Origin: Candidatus Latescibacterota bacterium
GTDB lineage: Bacteria; Latescibacterota; UBA2968; UBA8231
Reading direction: 5' to 3'
DNA: 64,000 bases
Assembly: GCA_965204725.1 (NCBI GenBank)
Contig: OZ242005.1
Span: 896,001-960,000 of the forward strand
The position numbers were made by a program, and so were the translations under genes. The notes under the pieces were generated by a model. The model did no database searches, had not been told where the DNA came from, and saw only the letters and a program-made list of their open reading frames with translations. Positions 9,936 to 19,074 of the stretch are shown piece after piece (within the stretch, counting starts at the first letter, position 1; every line of letters begins with the position of its first letter).

Positions 9936-10700
9936 ATGTCCGCGTACAAAAAATGTTCCATCCTCGCCGCTGCGACCCTGTTGTTGGGCTGCGGTCACTA
10001 CTTGGTGCCCGGGCGCTTCCAGCCCTTAGAGACCGCCCAGCAGCAGACCGACATTCAAGGGTCGAGCATGAAAATCCTCGACGACGGCACCGTGACCTTC
10101 GTGCAGAACCGCCTCGAAGTGTCCGTGCGGCCCATGAGCGACGAGGAGCTCAACCGCCAGTACCCGGCCGAATCGACCAACGCCAGCGGCCCGGCCGACG
10201 AGCTGCCATCCAACCCGTTCACCTATGGCAACTGGCTCGATCCGCGCACCGGCAAGGCACCGCAGCGCTTGTCCATCTTCAAGGTCACGGTCAAAAACTA
10301 CGAATACCCCAAGGTCAAGTTCGACCCGCTGACGGTCACCATTGAGTCGGCCAACGGTCGCCGCTACTACCCTTGGGGCTCCTACGACGTGGAGGAGTAC
10401 TTCCGGCGGTTTCCACTGGCCTTCAACGGCTTGGGCCGGATGCGCTACAAAGAGCGCACCGCGATCTACAACCAAGCCAAGTATCCAGACGACGAGTTTT
10501 GCTTCTCCGGGCAAGTGGTCGAGGGCTACGTGGTGTTCTCCAAAATTCACGACGACGTCGCCGAGATCGTCTTTGTGATTTCCGAGTTGGGGCTGCGCTA
10601 CGATTTCCGCAACGAACCCCTAGAGACCATCGACCTCCGCTTTCGCTTCAAGCGCGACCTCAAGAAGGTCAGAAACATCGAAAAACTAGCGGCCCACTAG
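9936..10700 (+). CDS. Hypothetical lipoprotein
   Basis: 254 aa, lipobox LLLGC, RBS GAGGAG, host-like codon usage. Confidence 0.7.
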   Translation: MSAYKKCSILAAATLLLGCGHYLVPGRFQPLETAQQQTDIQGSSMKILDDGTVTFVQNRLEVSVRPMSDEELNRQYPAESTNASGPADELPSNPFTYGNWLDPRTGKAPQRLSIFKVTVKNYEYPKVKFDPLTVTIESANGRRYYPWGSYDVEEYFRRFPLAFNGLGRMRYKERTAIYNQAKYPDDEFCFSGQVVEGYVVFSKIHDDVAEIVFVISELGLRYDFRNEPLETIDLRFRFKRDLKKVRNIEKLAAH

Positions 10701-10718
10701 CCGCGCTAGCCGGTAAGA

Positions 10719-10747
10719 ACTGGATTCCCGCTTGCGCGGGAATGACG
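10719..10747. repeat. Palindromic REP/dRS3-like repeat, copy 1 (ATTCCC-N8-GGGAAT)
   Basis: ACTGGATTCCCGCTTGCGCGGGAATGACG; 28/29 identical to 53625-53653; intergenic. Confidence 0.8.
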
Positions 10748-10835
10748 AAAGCCGGCTCTACGGCTTGTTCAACATGACCCAAGGTGGGTCTTCAGACAGC
10801 CTCTAAGGGGCGCCTTTCTGCCCGACGCCCGTTCC

Positions 10836-13800
10836 ATGCTGACCAAATTCCTCCTAGCCGCCACCGCGGCCTTCTTCCTGCTATCGGTCACGGCCTTTGA
10901 CCCGGCCACCATTTCGCGCTGGCTTGAACAGGCCATCGGCTGGGAGCCGCTGCGCGAAGCACCGCCCACCGCTCAAGCATCCTCGTTGCGCGAAGCGGTC
11001 GCGCAAATAAACGCCGCCGATCTAGCGCGTCACCTCCGCGTCCTCACCGCAGACTCGTCCCGCGTCACCGGCTATGCCGGAGCTGCCCGCGCCGCCCGCT
11101 ATATCGACGGGGAATTTCGCCGCCTCGGCCTGCAAGTCACCAGCGAATTTTTCCCGGTTTCCGTTCCCCTAGATCGCGGCGGTCGGCTGCGCTTGATCGG
11201 CTCAGACGAAACCATCCCCATCTACGGATTGTGGCCCAACCACGTGCGCTCGCCATCCCTGTCGCCGGGCGGCGTCTCCGGCCCCCTCATAGACTTGGGG
11301 CGCGGCCGGTTGGCCGAGATGGATGGCAAACGGCTAGCCGGCAGCATCGCGCTGATGGGGTTTGGCTCAGGCAACGCCCACGTCCAAGCGCGGGCCTTGG
11401 GCGTCCAAGCCATCTTGCTGTACGACGATGGCCGCGTCACGCGCAGCGAGGCCGCGGAAAAATTCCTCCAAGTGCCCGTGGACATCCCGCGCTTTTGGCT
11501 CGAAGCGGCCGGCGCGCAATTCCTGCGGCAGCAAGCGCGCACCGGCGACGTCGAGGTGCATCTCGAAGCGCGCATGGACTGGACGTCGGTCCAAGCGCGC
11601 AACCTATTTGCCGTCCTGCCGGGCTTGGCCGAGGATATGCCGCGCGGCCAGCGCCGCGAAATCGAGCGGTGGAGCGACCAAATCATCGTCCTGCAAGCGC
11701 ATTACGACGCCATCTCGGTCGTCCCCGCGCTGGCCCCGGGTGCTGAGAACGCGACCGGCATGGCCGCGCTGCTCGAAATCGCACGGTTGCTCGTGGCCGA
11801 AGGCACCCGCTACACCGTGCTCTTTTTGGCCACCCCCGGGCACTTTCAGGGCTTGGCCGGCGTCAACGACTTTCTCTACCGCCACGCGCGCGAAAGCGAG
11901 CACTTCCGCGACCAGATCCCGCCGGCCGAGCGCATTGACTTCCGCCTCTTCGTCGGGCTCGACTTGGCCAGCCACAGCCCCCGGGTCGGCAGCTTCACCA
12001 TGGGCACGTTCTACAACTCGGCGTGGCGCAACGACGACTATCAGAAGAACCTGATGGCGCACTACGCCGCGCGCTTTGGCCGCTACAACCGCGAGATTTT
12101 CGCCGACTCCACTCGCTATCAAGACGCCATTGCCCCGCAGAAGCGGGTGTGGAAAAACTTTATGCCCGTGCGGCTGGCCCTCGACAGCGAGGCCGCGGCC
12201 TTCGTGGGCAAGGAAGCGCTCTCTTTTGTCACGCCCAACCAACTGCGCCAGCGCGTGGATACGCCCCTCGACCGGCTCGAATTCGTCGCGCTCGACAACC
12301 TCGCCGAGCAGACCCGCACCCTAGCCGGGCTGATGCTCAAGGCCGCTTCCGACCCAGACTTTTTCAACGACACCAAGCTGACCCTGCGCGATTGGGGGCA
12401 CCGCCTAGAGGGCAACATCTACTGGTTTGACCGCGACGTGAATTTTGCCGTGCCCAAGGCACCCGTGCCCAAAGCCCTCGTCACCTATCTCCAGCCCGGC
12501 CCCAACTCCGTGGCCGGCGTCCGCACCCTGATTGCCACGCACGGCGACGAAAACGGCTACTTTGAGTTCGACATCGTGCGCAACCGCTTTGCCAACCGGA
12601 TTCAAGCCTTTGAACTCGACGAATACGGGCGCATCGTCTCCGCGCCCGACCTCGGGGAGGAGGGCGACAAAACCTACCCGGGCACCCAGCCGTACGGGTG
12701 GTGGGAAAACCGCATGTTGCAGGTCCTGTTTCGCTGCCGCGCCCTGAGCTTTTTGGAGGTGGTCGATCCGCGCTATTTATCGGCCATGGACCGCGTCAAC
12801 GTCCTCGGCACCAACGACGCGCCCCCGCGCTCTTTTTCCCTCAACTACATCGAAAACCAGAGCGCGGCCCAGGACCGGGTGGTGCAGGCCGGCGTGGTGT
12901 TCGCCGAGCCGGGCACTCGCGTCAAAATTCTCGCCGGTGAGAGCGCCTTTGGCGGCGAGAACGCGCTCGCCGGCGTGCGCTACATGCTCACCAACGCAGA
13001 CTCCGCGCTGTTCACCGACCTCGACCCGGCCCGCGTCGATCTGGCGACCATTGAGCGGGCACAGGGCGAGGGCTTTCCCATCGAACAGGGCCTCATCCCC
13101 TATCCGGCCTTGCAGGCGGCCCGCGACCTCTGGATCATCGACGAGGCGCGGATCAAACAAATGGTGCGCCACGGCATCGTCCTCGAGCAGCTACAGGCCA
13201 TGCACGAGCAAGCGCGGGAGGCCCTGCTCGCGGCCGGCGACAAACTCGCAGCTTTTGATTACACCGGCTACCAGCGCGCCGTGCGCCGCGCCCTCGGGCT
13301 AGAGGCCCGCATCTACCCAGAAGTCAAGGCCACCGCCAACGACGCCGTCCGCGCGGTAATTTTCTACTTCGCGCTCCTGTTGCCCTTTGCCTTCTTCTGC
13401 GAGCGGTTCTTCTTCGGCTTCCCGGACGTGCGGCGGCAAATCGCCGGCTTTGTGGGCATCTTCGTCCTCGTGTTTTTGATCCTGCGCTTCGTCCATCCGG
13501 CCTTCAAACTGAGCACCTCGCCGTACATCATCTTCCTCGCGTTTGTCATCCTCGCCTTGGGCGTCCTCGTCATCTTCATCGTCGTCACGCGCTTCAAGGG
13601 GCTTTTGCAACGGCGCAAGGGAGCAGCCGCCGGGATGCACGAGACCGACGTGGGGCGCGTGGCCGCGGGGTTTGCGGCCGTGCTGTTGGGCATCTCCAAC
13701 TTGAGCAAGCGTCGCCTGCGCACCGCGCTGACGGCCGCAACCCTGACCTTTTTGACCTTTACCGTCAATTCCTTTACCTCGGTCAAGTCCAGCCTCGACT

Positions 13801-15422
13801 TCTACCGCCTGCCGCGCGACACCCCGCCCTTGTACGAGGGGGGCCTCATCCGCGACCGCGCTTGGCGCGGGATGCAGGATTCCATCTTGGACTACGTGCA
13901 GAGCGCCTTCGGCGACCGCGCCTTGGTCGTGCCGCGCGCCTGGTACTTGTCGCCGGTCGAATCCGAGCGGGCCTTTATCGACTTTGCCGCCACCGCGACC
14001 GGCGCGACCAGTTTTGTCCACGGCTTGGTGGGCCTGCAGCCGGCCGAAGCCCAAGTAACGGGCCTCGACGCGCACCTGTCGGCCGGCCGCTTCTTCGCGG
14101 CGGGCGACGACCGGGCCGTCATCTTGCCCGACAGCCTAGCCGCGCTCGTCGGCATTGGGGCCGCAGAGGTGGGCACCGCGACTATCGAACTCTACGGCGA
14201 GGAGTACCGAGTCATCGGCTTGTTCGACAGCGCAGCCCTGAAAGAAGTGGTCGATCTCGACGGCGAGCGGCTAACGCCTGTGGACACGGTCAAAGACGCC
14301 GGGCTTATCGTGCGAGAGAGCACCGAAGACCCGCGCACCCTAGCCGCGACCGCAGTTGAGACCTTCAACCACCTCGAAGTGGTCAACACCCTCTTCTTGC
14401 CCTATCAGCGCGTCCGCGCCATGGACGGCCGTTTGCGCTCCATCGCCATTGCCGCCGACGCAGACGACCCGGAATTCGTCCGGCGCGTAGAGTCCTTTAT
14501 GTCGCGGGTGGCCCTGACCCTGTTCGTCGGCCAAGGCGATCGCGTCGTGGCGTACAGCTCAATTGGCTCCACCGAAATAAGCGGGGCCGGTCAGCTTTTG
14601 GTGCCCGTGATCATCGCCGCCTTGATCGTGCTCAATACCATGATGGGGGCCGTGTATGAGCGCGTGCGCGAGATCGGCATCTATAGCGTCGTGGGCTTGG
14701 CCCCCAGCCACATCGGCCTGCTGTTCTTGGCCGAATCCACGGTCTTTGCCACCTTTGGCGCGGTGGTCGGCTACGCCTTGGGCCAAATCGCCCACCTGTT
14801 CATGCTGCAATACGGGCTGCTCGCCGGCCTGACGCTCAACTACTCGTCGCTTTCGGCCGTGTGGGCTACGGTCGTCGTCATCGGCACGGTCTATTTATCG
14901 ACCTTGTATCCCGCACGCTTGGCGGCCAACATGGCCGTCCCCGACGTGACGCGGCAATGGCAATTCCCCCCGCCCGTGGGCGATCACTGGCGCTTTGACT
15001 TTCCCTTTACGGTCGGCGGGGCCGAGGTGCCGAGCATGTACGCGTATCTCAAGTCGGTCTTTGTCGCGTACGGCGAAGGCTCCATCGGCGACTTCATCGC
15101 CCGCGACGTCGAGCTATCCATCGCCACCGACGGGCCGGAGCCATCCTACGCCATTGCCATGCGGACTTGGCTGGCCCCCTACGACCTAGGCATCAGCCAA
15201 AAGGTGCGCTTGCAGGCGACGCCCACCGGCGAGCACCGCATCTACAAGATCGAGACTCACATCGAGCGCCTCAGCGGCGACGTGGCCTCTTGGCAGCGCA
15301 TGAATCGCAAGTTCCTCAACGTGCTCCGCAAGCGCTTCCTCGTGTGGCGCACCCTGTCGCCGGGAATTCGCCAAGGGTATCGGGACGAGGCGGAACAGGC
15401 GTTTGCCGAGGCGGGGCCGTAG
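10836..15422 (+). CDS. M28-peptidase-like/PA domain fused to multi-TM and MacB/FtsX-like ABC permease domains
   Basis: 1528 aa. SRVTGYAG, AHYD, PGAEN-ATG M28-like motifs. ISNLSKRRLRTALT and LNTMMGAVYERVREIGIYSVVGL are FtsX/MacB signatures. Confidence 0.75.
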   Translation: MLTKFLLAATAAFFLLSVTAFDPATISRWLEQAIGWEPLREAPPTAQASSLREAVAQINAADLARHLRVLTADSSRVTGYAGAARAARYIDGEFRRLGLQVTSEFFPVSVPLDRGGRLRLIGSDETIPIYGLWPNHVRSPSLSPGGVSGPLIDLGRGRLAEMDGKRLAGSIALMGFGSGNAHVQARALGVQAILLYDDGRVTRSEAAEKFLQVPVDIPRFWLEAAGAQFLRQQARTGDVEVHLEARMDWTSVQARNLFAVLPGLAEDMPRGQRREIERWSDQIIVLQAHYDAISVVPALAPGAENATGMAALLEIARLLVAEGTRYTVLFLATPGHFQGLAGVNDFLYRHARESEHFRDQIPPAERIDFRLFVGLDLASHSPRVGSFTMGTFYNSAWRNDDYQKNLMAHYAARFGRYNREIFADSTRYQDAIAPQKRVWKNFMPVRLALDSEAAAFVGKEALSFVTPNQLRQRVDTPLDRLEFVALDNLAEQTRTLAGLMLKAASDPDFFNDTKLTLRDWGHRLEGNIYWFDRDVNFAVPKAPVPKALVTYLQPGPNSVAGVRTLIATHGDENGYFEFDIVRNRFANRIQAFELDEYGRIVSAPDLGEEGDKTYPGTQPYGWWENRMLQVLFRCRALSFLEVVDPRYLSAMDRVNVLGTNDAPPRSFSLNYIENQSAAQDRVVQAGVVFAEPGTRVKILAGESAFGGENALAGVRYMLTNADSALFTDLDPARVDLATIERAQGEGFPIEQGLIPYPALQAARDLWIIDEARIKQMVRHGIVLEQLQAMHEQAREALLAAGDKLAAFDYTGYQRAVRRALGLEARIYPEVKATANDAVRAVIFYFALLLPFAFFCERFFFGFPDVRRQIAGFVGIFVLVFLILRFVHPAFKLSTSPYIIFLAFVILALGVLVIFIVVTRFKGLLQRRKGAAAGMHETDVGRVAAGFAAVLLGISNLSKRRLRTALTAATLTFLTFTVNSFTSVKSSLDFYRLPRDTPPLYEGGLIRDRAWRGMQDSILDYVQSAFGDRALVVPRAWYLSPVESERAFIDFAATATGATSFVHGLVGLQPAEAQVTGLDAHLSAGRFFAAGDDRAVILPDSLAALVGIGAAEVGTATIELYGEEYRVIGLFDSAALKEVVDLDGERLTPVDTVKDAGLIVRESTEDPRTLAATAVETFNHLEVVNTLFLPYQRVRAMDGRLRSIAIAADADDPEFVRRVESFMSRVALTLFVGQGDRVVAYSSIGSTEISGAGQLLVPVIIAALIVLNTMMGAVYERVREIGIYSVVGLAPSHIGLLFLAESTVFATFGAVVGYALGQIAHLFMLQYGLLAGLTLNYSSLSAVWATVVVIGTVYLSTLYPARLAANMAVPDVTRQWQFPPPVGDHWRFDFPFTVGGAEVPSMYAYLKSVFVAYGEGSIGDFIARDVELSIATDGPEPSYAIAMRTWLAPYDLGISQKVRLQATPTGEHRIYKIETHIERLSGDVASWQRMNRKFLNVLRKRFLVWRTLSPGIRQGYRDEAEQAFAEAGP

Positions 15423-15431
15423 GAAAAAGCT

Positions 15432-16427
15432 GTGCGCGAAAAGCCACCCTATACCATCGCGGCGGATATTCTTTTTCGCATTGAACAGATCGGCGAAGCG
15501 ATTGGCCGGGCCGAGGCCGCGGGCCTTGCACGGGATTTGCGCTTGCGGCGCATCAATCGCATCCGCACAATTTGTGGCTCGCTCGCCATTGAAGGCAACA
15601 TCCTCAGCGAGGAGCAAATCTCCACGATTCTCGACGGCAAGCCCGTCGTCGCCCCCCCGCGAGACATTCGGGAAGTCCGCAACGCCATTGCGGCCTACGA
15701 TCAATACCAGCAATGCAGCCCCGCCAGCGAGGCCGACCTTTTACGCATGCACGAAATTTTGCTGACCGGCTTATTGGACGCGCCCGGACAGTATCGCCGC
15801 ACTGGCATTGGCGTTATGGGCGGCGGCCAAGTCCATCACGTCGGCCCGCCCGCCCAGCGTGTACCGCAACTCATGGCGAATTTGTTGGCATGGCTGGGCA
15901 GCACCGATGAGCATCCGCTCATTGCCAGTTCGGTCTTCCACTACGAGTTCGAGTTCATTCACCCTTTTGAGGACGGCAATGGGCGGATGGGGCGGCTCTG
16001 GCAGACGCTGATTCTGACCCGCTGGAAACCCCTGTTCGCCCACATCCCGGTGGAGAGCATGGTAAACATTCGCCAAGGCGACTACTACGAAGCGATCCGG
16101 CAGAGTTCGGCCGCCGGTGAGAGTACACCGTTTATTGGGTTCATGCTGGACATCATTCTGGAGGCCCTCCAATCTTCCGCAATAAGCGACCAAGTAAGCG
16201 ACCAAGTAAGCGACCAAGTAGCGCGGCTCCTCAAGGCACTGCGGACCGGCCCGAAAACCGCCGCTGAACTCATGGCGGCTCTGGGGCTGGCGCATCGTCC
16301 TACACTCCGCAAAAACTACATTCGCCCGGCCCTAGCCGCCGGGCTGGTGGAAATGACCCGCCCGGAATCGCCCACTGCGAAAAACCAAAAGTATCGGCTC
16401 ACTACACGCGGGCGGGAGATGCGCTGA
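15432..16427 (+). CDS. Fic/DOC family protein with C-terminal HTH
   Basis: Canonical Fic motif HPFEDGNGRMGR; SLAIEGN inhibitory-helix-like motif; GTG start. Confidence 0.9.
   Translation: MREKPPYTIAADILFRIEQIGEAIGRAEAAGLARDLRLRRINRIRTICGSLAIEGNILSEEQISTILDGKPVVAPPRDIREVRNAIAAYDQYQQCSPASEADLLRMHEILLTGLLDAPGQYRRTGIGVMGGGQVHHVGPPAQRVPQLMANLLAWLGSTDEHPLIASSVFHYEFEFIHPFEDGNGRMGRLWQTLILTRWKPLFAHIPVESMVNIRQGDYYEAIRQSSAAGESTPFIGFMLDIILEALQSSAISDQVSDQVSDQVARLLKALRTGPKTAAELMAALGLAHRPTLRKNYIRPALAAGLVEMTRPESPTAKNQKYRLTTRGREMR
16183..16220 (+). repeat. 3x 12-bp tandem repeat TAAGCGACCAAG (SDQV x3) in the Fic linker
   Basis: Three perfect copies read directly from the sequence. Confidence 0.95.
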
Positions 16428-16442
16428 TACTCGGCTGCATCC

Positions 16443-16486
16443 TTGACACGGTGCCGCCACAAAAATAGACTTAGCTTAACTTAGCT
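16443..16486 (+). promoter_or_regulatory. Sigma70-type promoter of the TA operon with ACTTAGCT direct repeat (putative operator)
   Basis: TTGACA (16443-48), 17 bp spacer, TAGACT (16466-71). ACTTAGCT at 16469 and 16479. RBS GGAGGA at 16490. Confidence 0.7.
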
Positions 16487-16501
16487 ATTGGAGGATTCGC
16501 C

Positions 16502-16756
16502 ATGACAAAGGTGAACATGCACGAGGCCAAATCGCAGCTTTCGCGCCTAGGTAAGTTGGCTTGGGCCGGGGAAGAAGTCGTCATCGCCAAGGCCGGCGAG
16601 CCGTATCTGCGGCTGGAACCGTATCGGGAGCGCTTAGAGAAACGTCAGCTTGGTGGGCTAGAAGGAAAAATCTGGCTGTCTCCAGACTTTGACGAGCCCG
16701 ATGAAGAACTCATAGACCTGATTGAGAACTCGAAAATTTTCCCAGATGAGGATTAG
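16502..16756 (+). CDS. Phd/YefM family antitoxin
   Basis: MTKVNMHEAKSQLSRL...GEEVVIAKAG, typical Phd N-terminus. Confidence 0.9.
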   Translation: MTKVNMHEAKSQLSRLGKLAWAGEEVVIAKAGEPYLRLEPYRERLEKRQLGGLEGKIWLSPDFDEPDEELIDLIENSKIFPDED

Positions 16757-16758
16757 CC

Positions 16759-17139
16759 ATGTCGCGGCTGCTGTTGGATACCCACACCTTTTTGTGGTGC
16801 CTATCCGATGTGGAGCAACTGGCCGAAGATATCCAAGCCGCAATCGTCGATCCGCACAACGACGTTTTCGTCAGCGCGATCACCGGGTGGGAAATCGCGG
16901 TCAAGCAGGCCAAGGGTCGCTTGGTCGCTCCAGACAATCTGCCGCTGTTGATTGAGCAAAGGGGCTTTACCCACCTTCCACTGACATTCCAGCACGCCGA
17001 GCAGGCCGGCAGCCTCCCGCTGCACCACCGGGATCCCTTCGATCGGTTCCTGATTGCCCAAGCTCAGGCCGAAGGGCTGGTCCTCGTGACCCGGGATGGC
17101 CTCATGCGGCGATACGACGTGCCCATTATGAAGGTTTGA
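16759..17139 (+). CDS. vapC: VapC/PIN-domain toxin
   Basis: LLDTH...WEI...HRDPFDRFLIAQA...LVTRD acidic PIN residues; 2 bp downstream of the antitoxin. Confidence 0.9.
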   Translation: MSRLLLDTHTFLWCLSDVEQLAEDIQAAIVDPHNDVFVSAITGWEIAVKQAKGRLVAPDNLPLLIEQRGFTHLPLTFQHAEQAGSLPLHHRDPFDRFLIAQAQAEGLVLVTRDGLMRRYDVPIMKV

Positions 17140-17160
17140 AGCCATGAACGGTCAGCTTAC

Positions 17161-19071
17161 ATGACCGCACGCGCCTTCCTCATCGGCTTGGGCCTCGTGG
17201 TCCTGATCAACATTGGGGCCCCGTACAGCATGTTCATCCTCAAGTCCTCGCAGTGGGCGATCAGCTACCTGCCCTTGAGCGTCGTCTTTCTCTTTACCGC
17301 CTTAGTCTTTCTCAACGCCACGGCCAAGTCGCTGCTCAAAGTGCGCGGCCTGAGCACCAGCGAGCTCGGCCTCGTCTTTACCATGTCCTTAGTCGGGGCC
17401 TCGATTCCCACTTGGGGCACCTCCACGTACATGATCGCGGTCATCGCCGCTCCCCAGTACTTTGCCTCGCCTGAGAATCAGTGGCAGAGCAAGGTCGTCC
17501 AATACATTGAGGAATGGCTCGTGCCCAACGACGCGATTGCCCTCAAGTGGTTTTACAACGGCCTGCCCGCCGGCGAATCCATCCCTTGGGGTGCTTGGAT
17601 CGGGCCGCTTTTTTGGTGGACCAGCTTGGTCATGGCCATCTTCTTTTTGTGTCAGTGCATGGTCGCCGCCCTGCGCAAGCAGTGGGTTGAGTACGAGCGC
17701 CTGCCCTTCGCCCTGATGGAGTTGCCCCAACAACTCATCGACCCGCCGCGCGGCTCGAACTGGCCCGGTTTCGTGCGCCAAAAGGCGTTTTGGTTCGGCT
17801 TTGCCCTGCCCTTCTGCATGGTTATGTGGAACGTGGTCACCTACTTTACTCCGGCCTTTCCGCCTATCCCCCGCGACCTGTCCGACCCCATCCGCATTGG
17901 CCGCGAATTTCCCGCCATTCACACCAACGTCAACTGGGCCATCGTCGGCTTTGCGTACTTCGTCAACCTCGACGTGTCGTTCAGCATGTGGTTCTTCACC
18001 GCGCTCACCATGCTGCAACAGGGGCTGTTCAATCGCTTCGGCTACACCCTTCCCGGCCGCGACGTGTACACCCTCGGGCATCCCGGCATTGGCTGGCAGT
18101 CTTTCGGTGCCCTGATCGCCCTCGTCGCCGGCATGCTGTGGATGGCGCGTGGGCACCTCGGCGCGATCTGGCGCAAAGCGGTGTACAACGATGCGGACAT
18201 CGACGACGCAGACGAGCTGATGTCCTATCGGATGATCGTCTTTGGCGGCGGGCTGGCCCTGCTCTACATCGCCTTTTGGATGGGGCGGGCCGGCATGAAC
18301 CTGCCCACCATCGCGCTCTTTATCTTGGCGACCTTGGTCCTCTACGTCGGCATTACGCGCATCATCATGGAGGGCGGCTTGCTCTTCAGCCGCGCCCCGC
18401 TCGTCGGCCAGACCTTCGTCGGGTACGCGCTCGGGCCGCACGCCACCGCGCAGAGCAACATCGCCCTGGGGCTGTCCTACGGCTGGCACCACGAGCTCAA
18501 GGGCTTTTTCATGGTCGCCGCGGCCAACAGCGCCAAAGTGGCCGGCTCCATCCGCGGCAACCGCCGCTATCTGAGCTTCTACATCCTCCTCTCGGCACTG
18601 GTGGCCCTCGTCGTCTCCATGGCCTTCGCGCTCTACATGGGCTATTCCTTTGGCGCGTACAACTACGGGGGCTGGATCTTCGGCACAGGCTCGCAAGTGC
18701 CCTACGTGGAAAGCCTGCGTAAAATCGATCTCAAGGCCCCGGATTGGACGCGGTTGGGCCACCTCGTCAGCGGCGCGGGCGCGATGGGGCTTTTGACCTT
18801 TATGCGCTACCGCTTCTCGTGGTGGCCCCTACACCCCATTGGCATGCCGGTCGGCATCTGTTCCTACCCCATGACCATTATCGTCTTTTCGATCTTCGTC
18901 TCGTGGCTGGCCAAATGGGCCATCATGCGCTCGGGCGGCATCGGCCTCTATCACCGCGCCCAACCCTTCTTCATCGGCCTCATCCTCGGGTACTTCACCG
19001 CGATTGGCCTGTCCTTTTGCATCGACATGATTTGGTTCCCCGGGCAAGGGCACCCGCTATACGGAAACTAG
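17161..19071 (+). CDS. Polytopic membrane protein, DUF6785/DUF6784-like
   Basis: 636 aa, many TM segments. LRKQWVEYERLPF and RYRFSWWPLHPIG motifs recalled for this family. Confidence 0.65.
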   Translation: MTARAFLIGLGLVVLINIGAPYSMFILKSSQWAISYLPLSVVFLFTALVFLNATAKSLLKVRGLSTSELGLVFTMSLVGASIPTWGTSTYMIAVIAAPQYFASPENQWQSKVVQYIEEWLVPNDAIALKWFYNGLPAGESIPWGAWIGPLFWWTSLVMAIFFLCQCMVAALRKQWVEYERLPFALMELPQQLIDPPRGSNWPGFVRQKAFWFGFALPFCMVMWNVVTYFTPAFPPIPRDLSDPIRIGREFPAIHTNVNWAIVGFAYFVNLDVSFSMWFFTALTMLQQGLFNRFGYTLPGRDVYTLGHPGIGWQSFGALIALVAGMLWMARGHLGAIWRKAVYNDADIDDADELMSYRMIVFGGGLALLYIAFWMGRAGMNLPTIALFILATLVLYVGITRIIMEGGLLFSRAPLVGQTFVGYALGPHATAQSNIALGLSYGWHHELKGFFMVAAANSAKVAGSIRGNRRYLSFYILLSALVALVVSMAFALYMGYSFGAYNYGGWIFGTGSQVPYVESLRKIDLKAPDWTRLGHLVSGAGAMGLLTFMRYRFSWWPLHPIGMPVGICSYPMTIIVFSIFVSWLAKWAIMRSGGIGLYHRAQPFFIGLILGYFTAIGLSFCIDMIWFPGQGHPLYGN

Positions 19072-19074
19072 CGC

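Noticed and set aside
10776-10806. TTCAGACAGCCTC resembling an IS end or a Neisseriaceae uptake sequence, plus a small hairpin
   Set aside because: Single occurrence, with no partner IR or transposase found.
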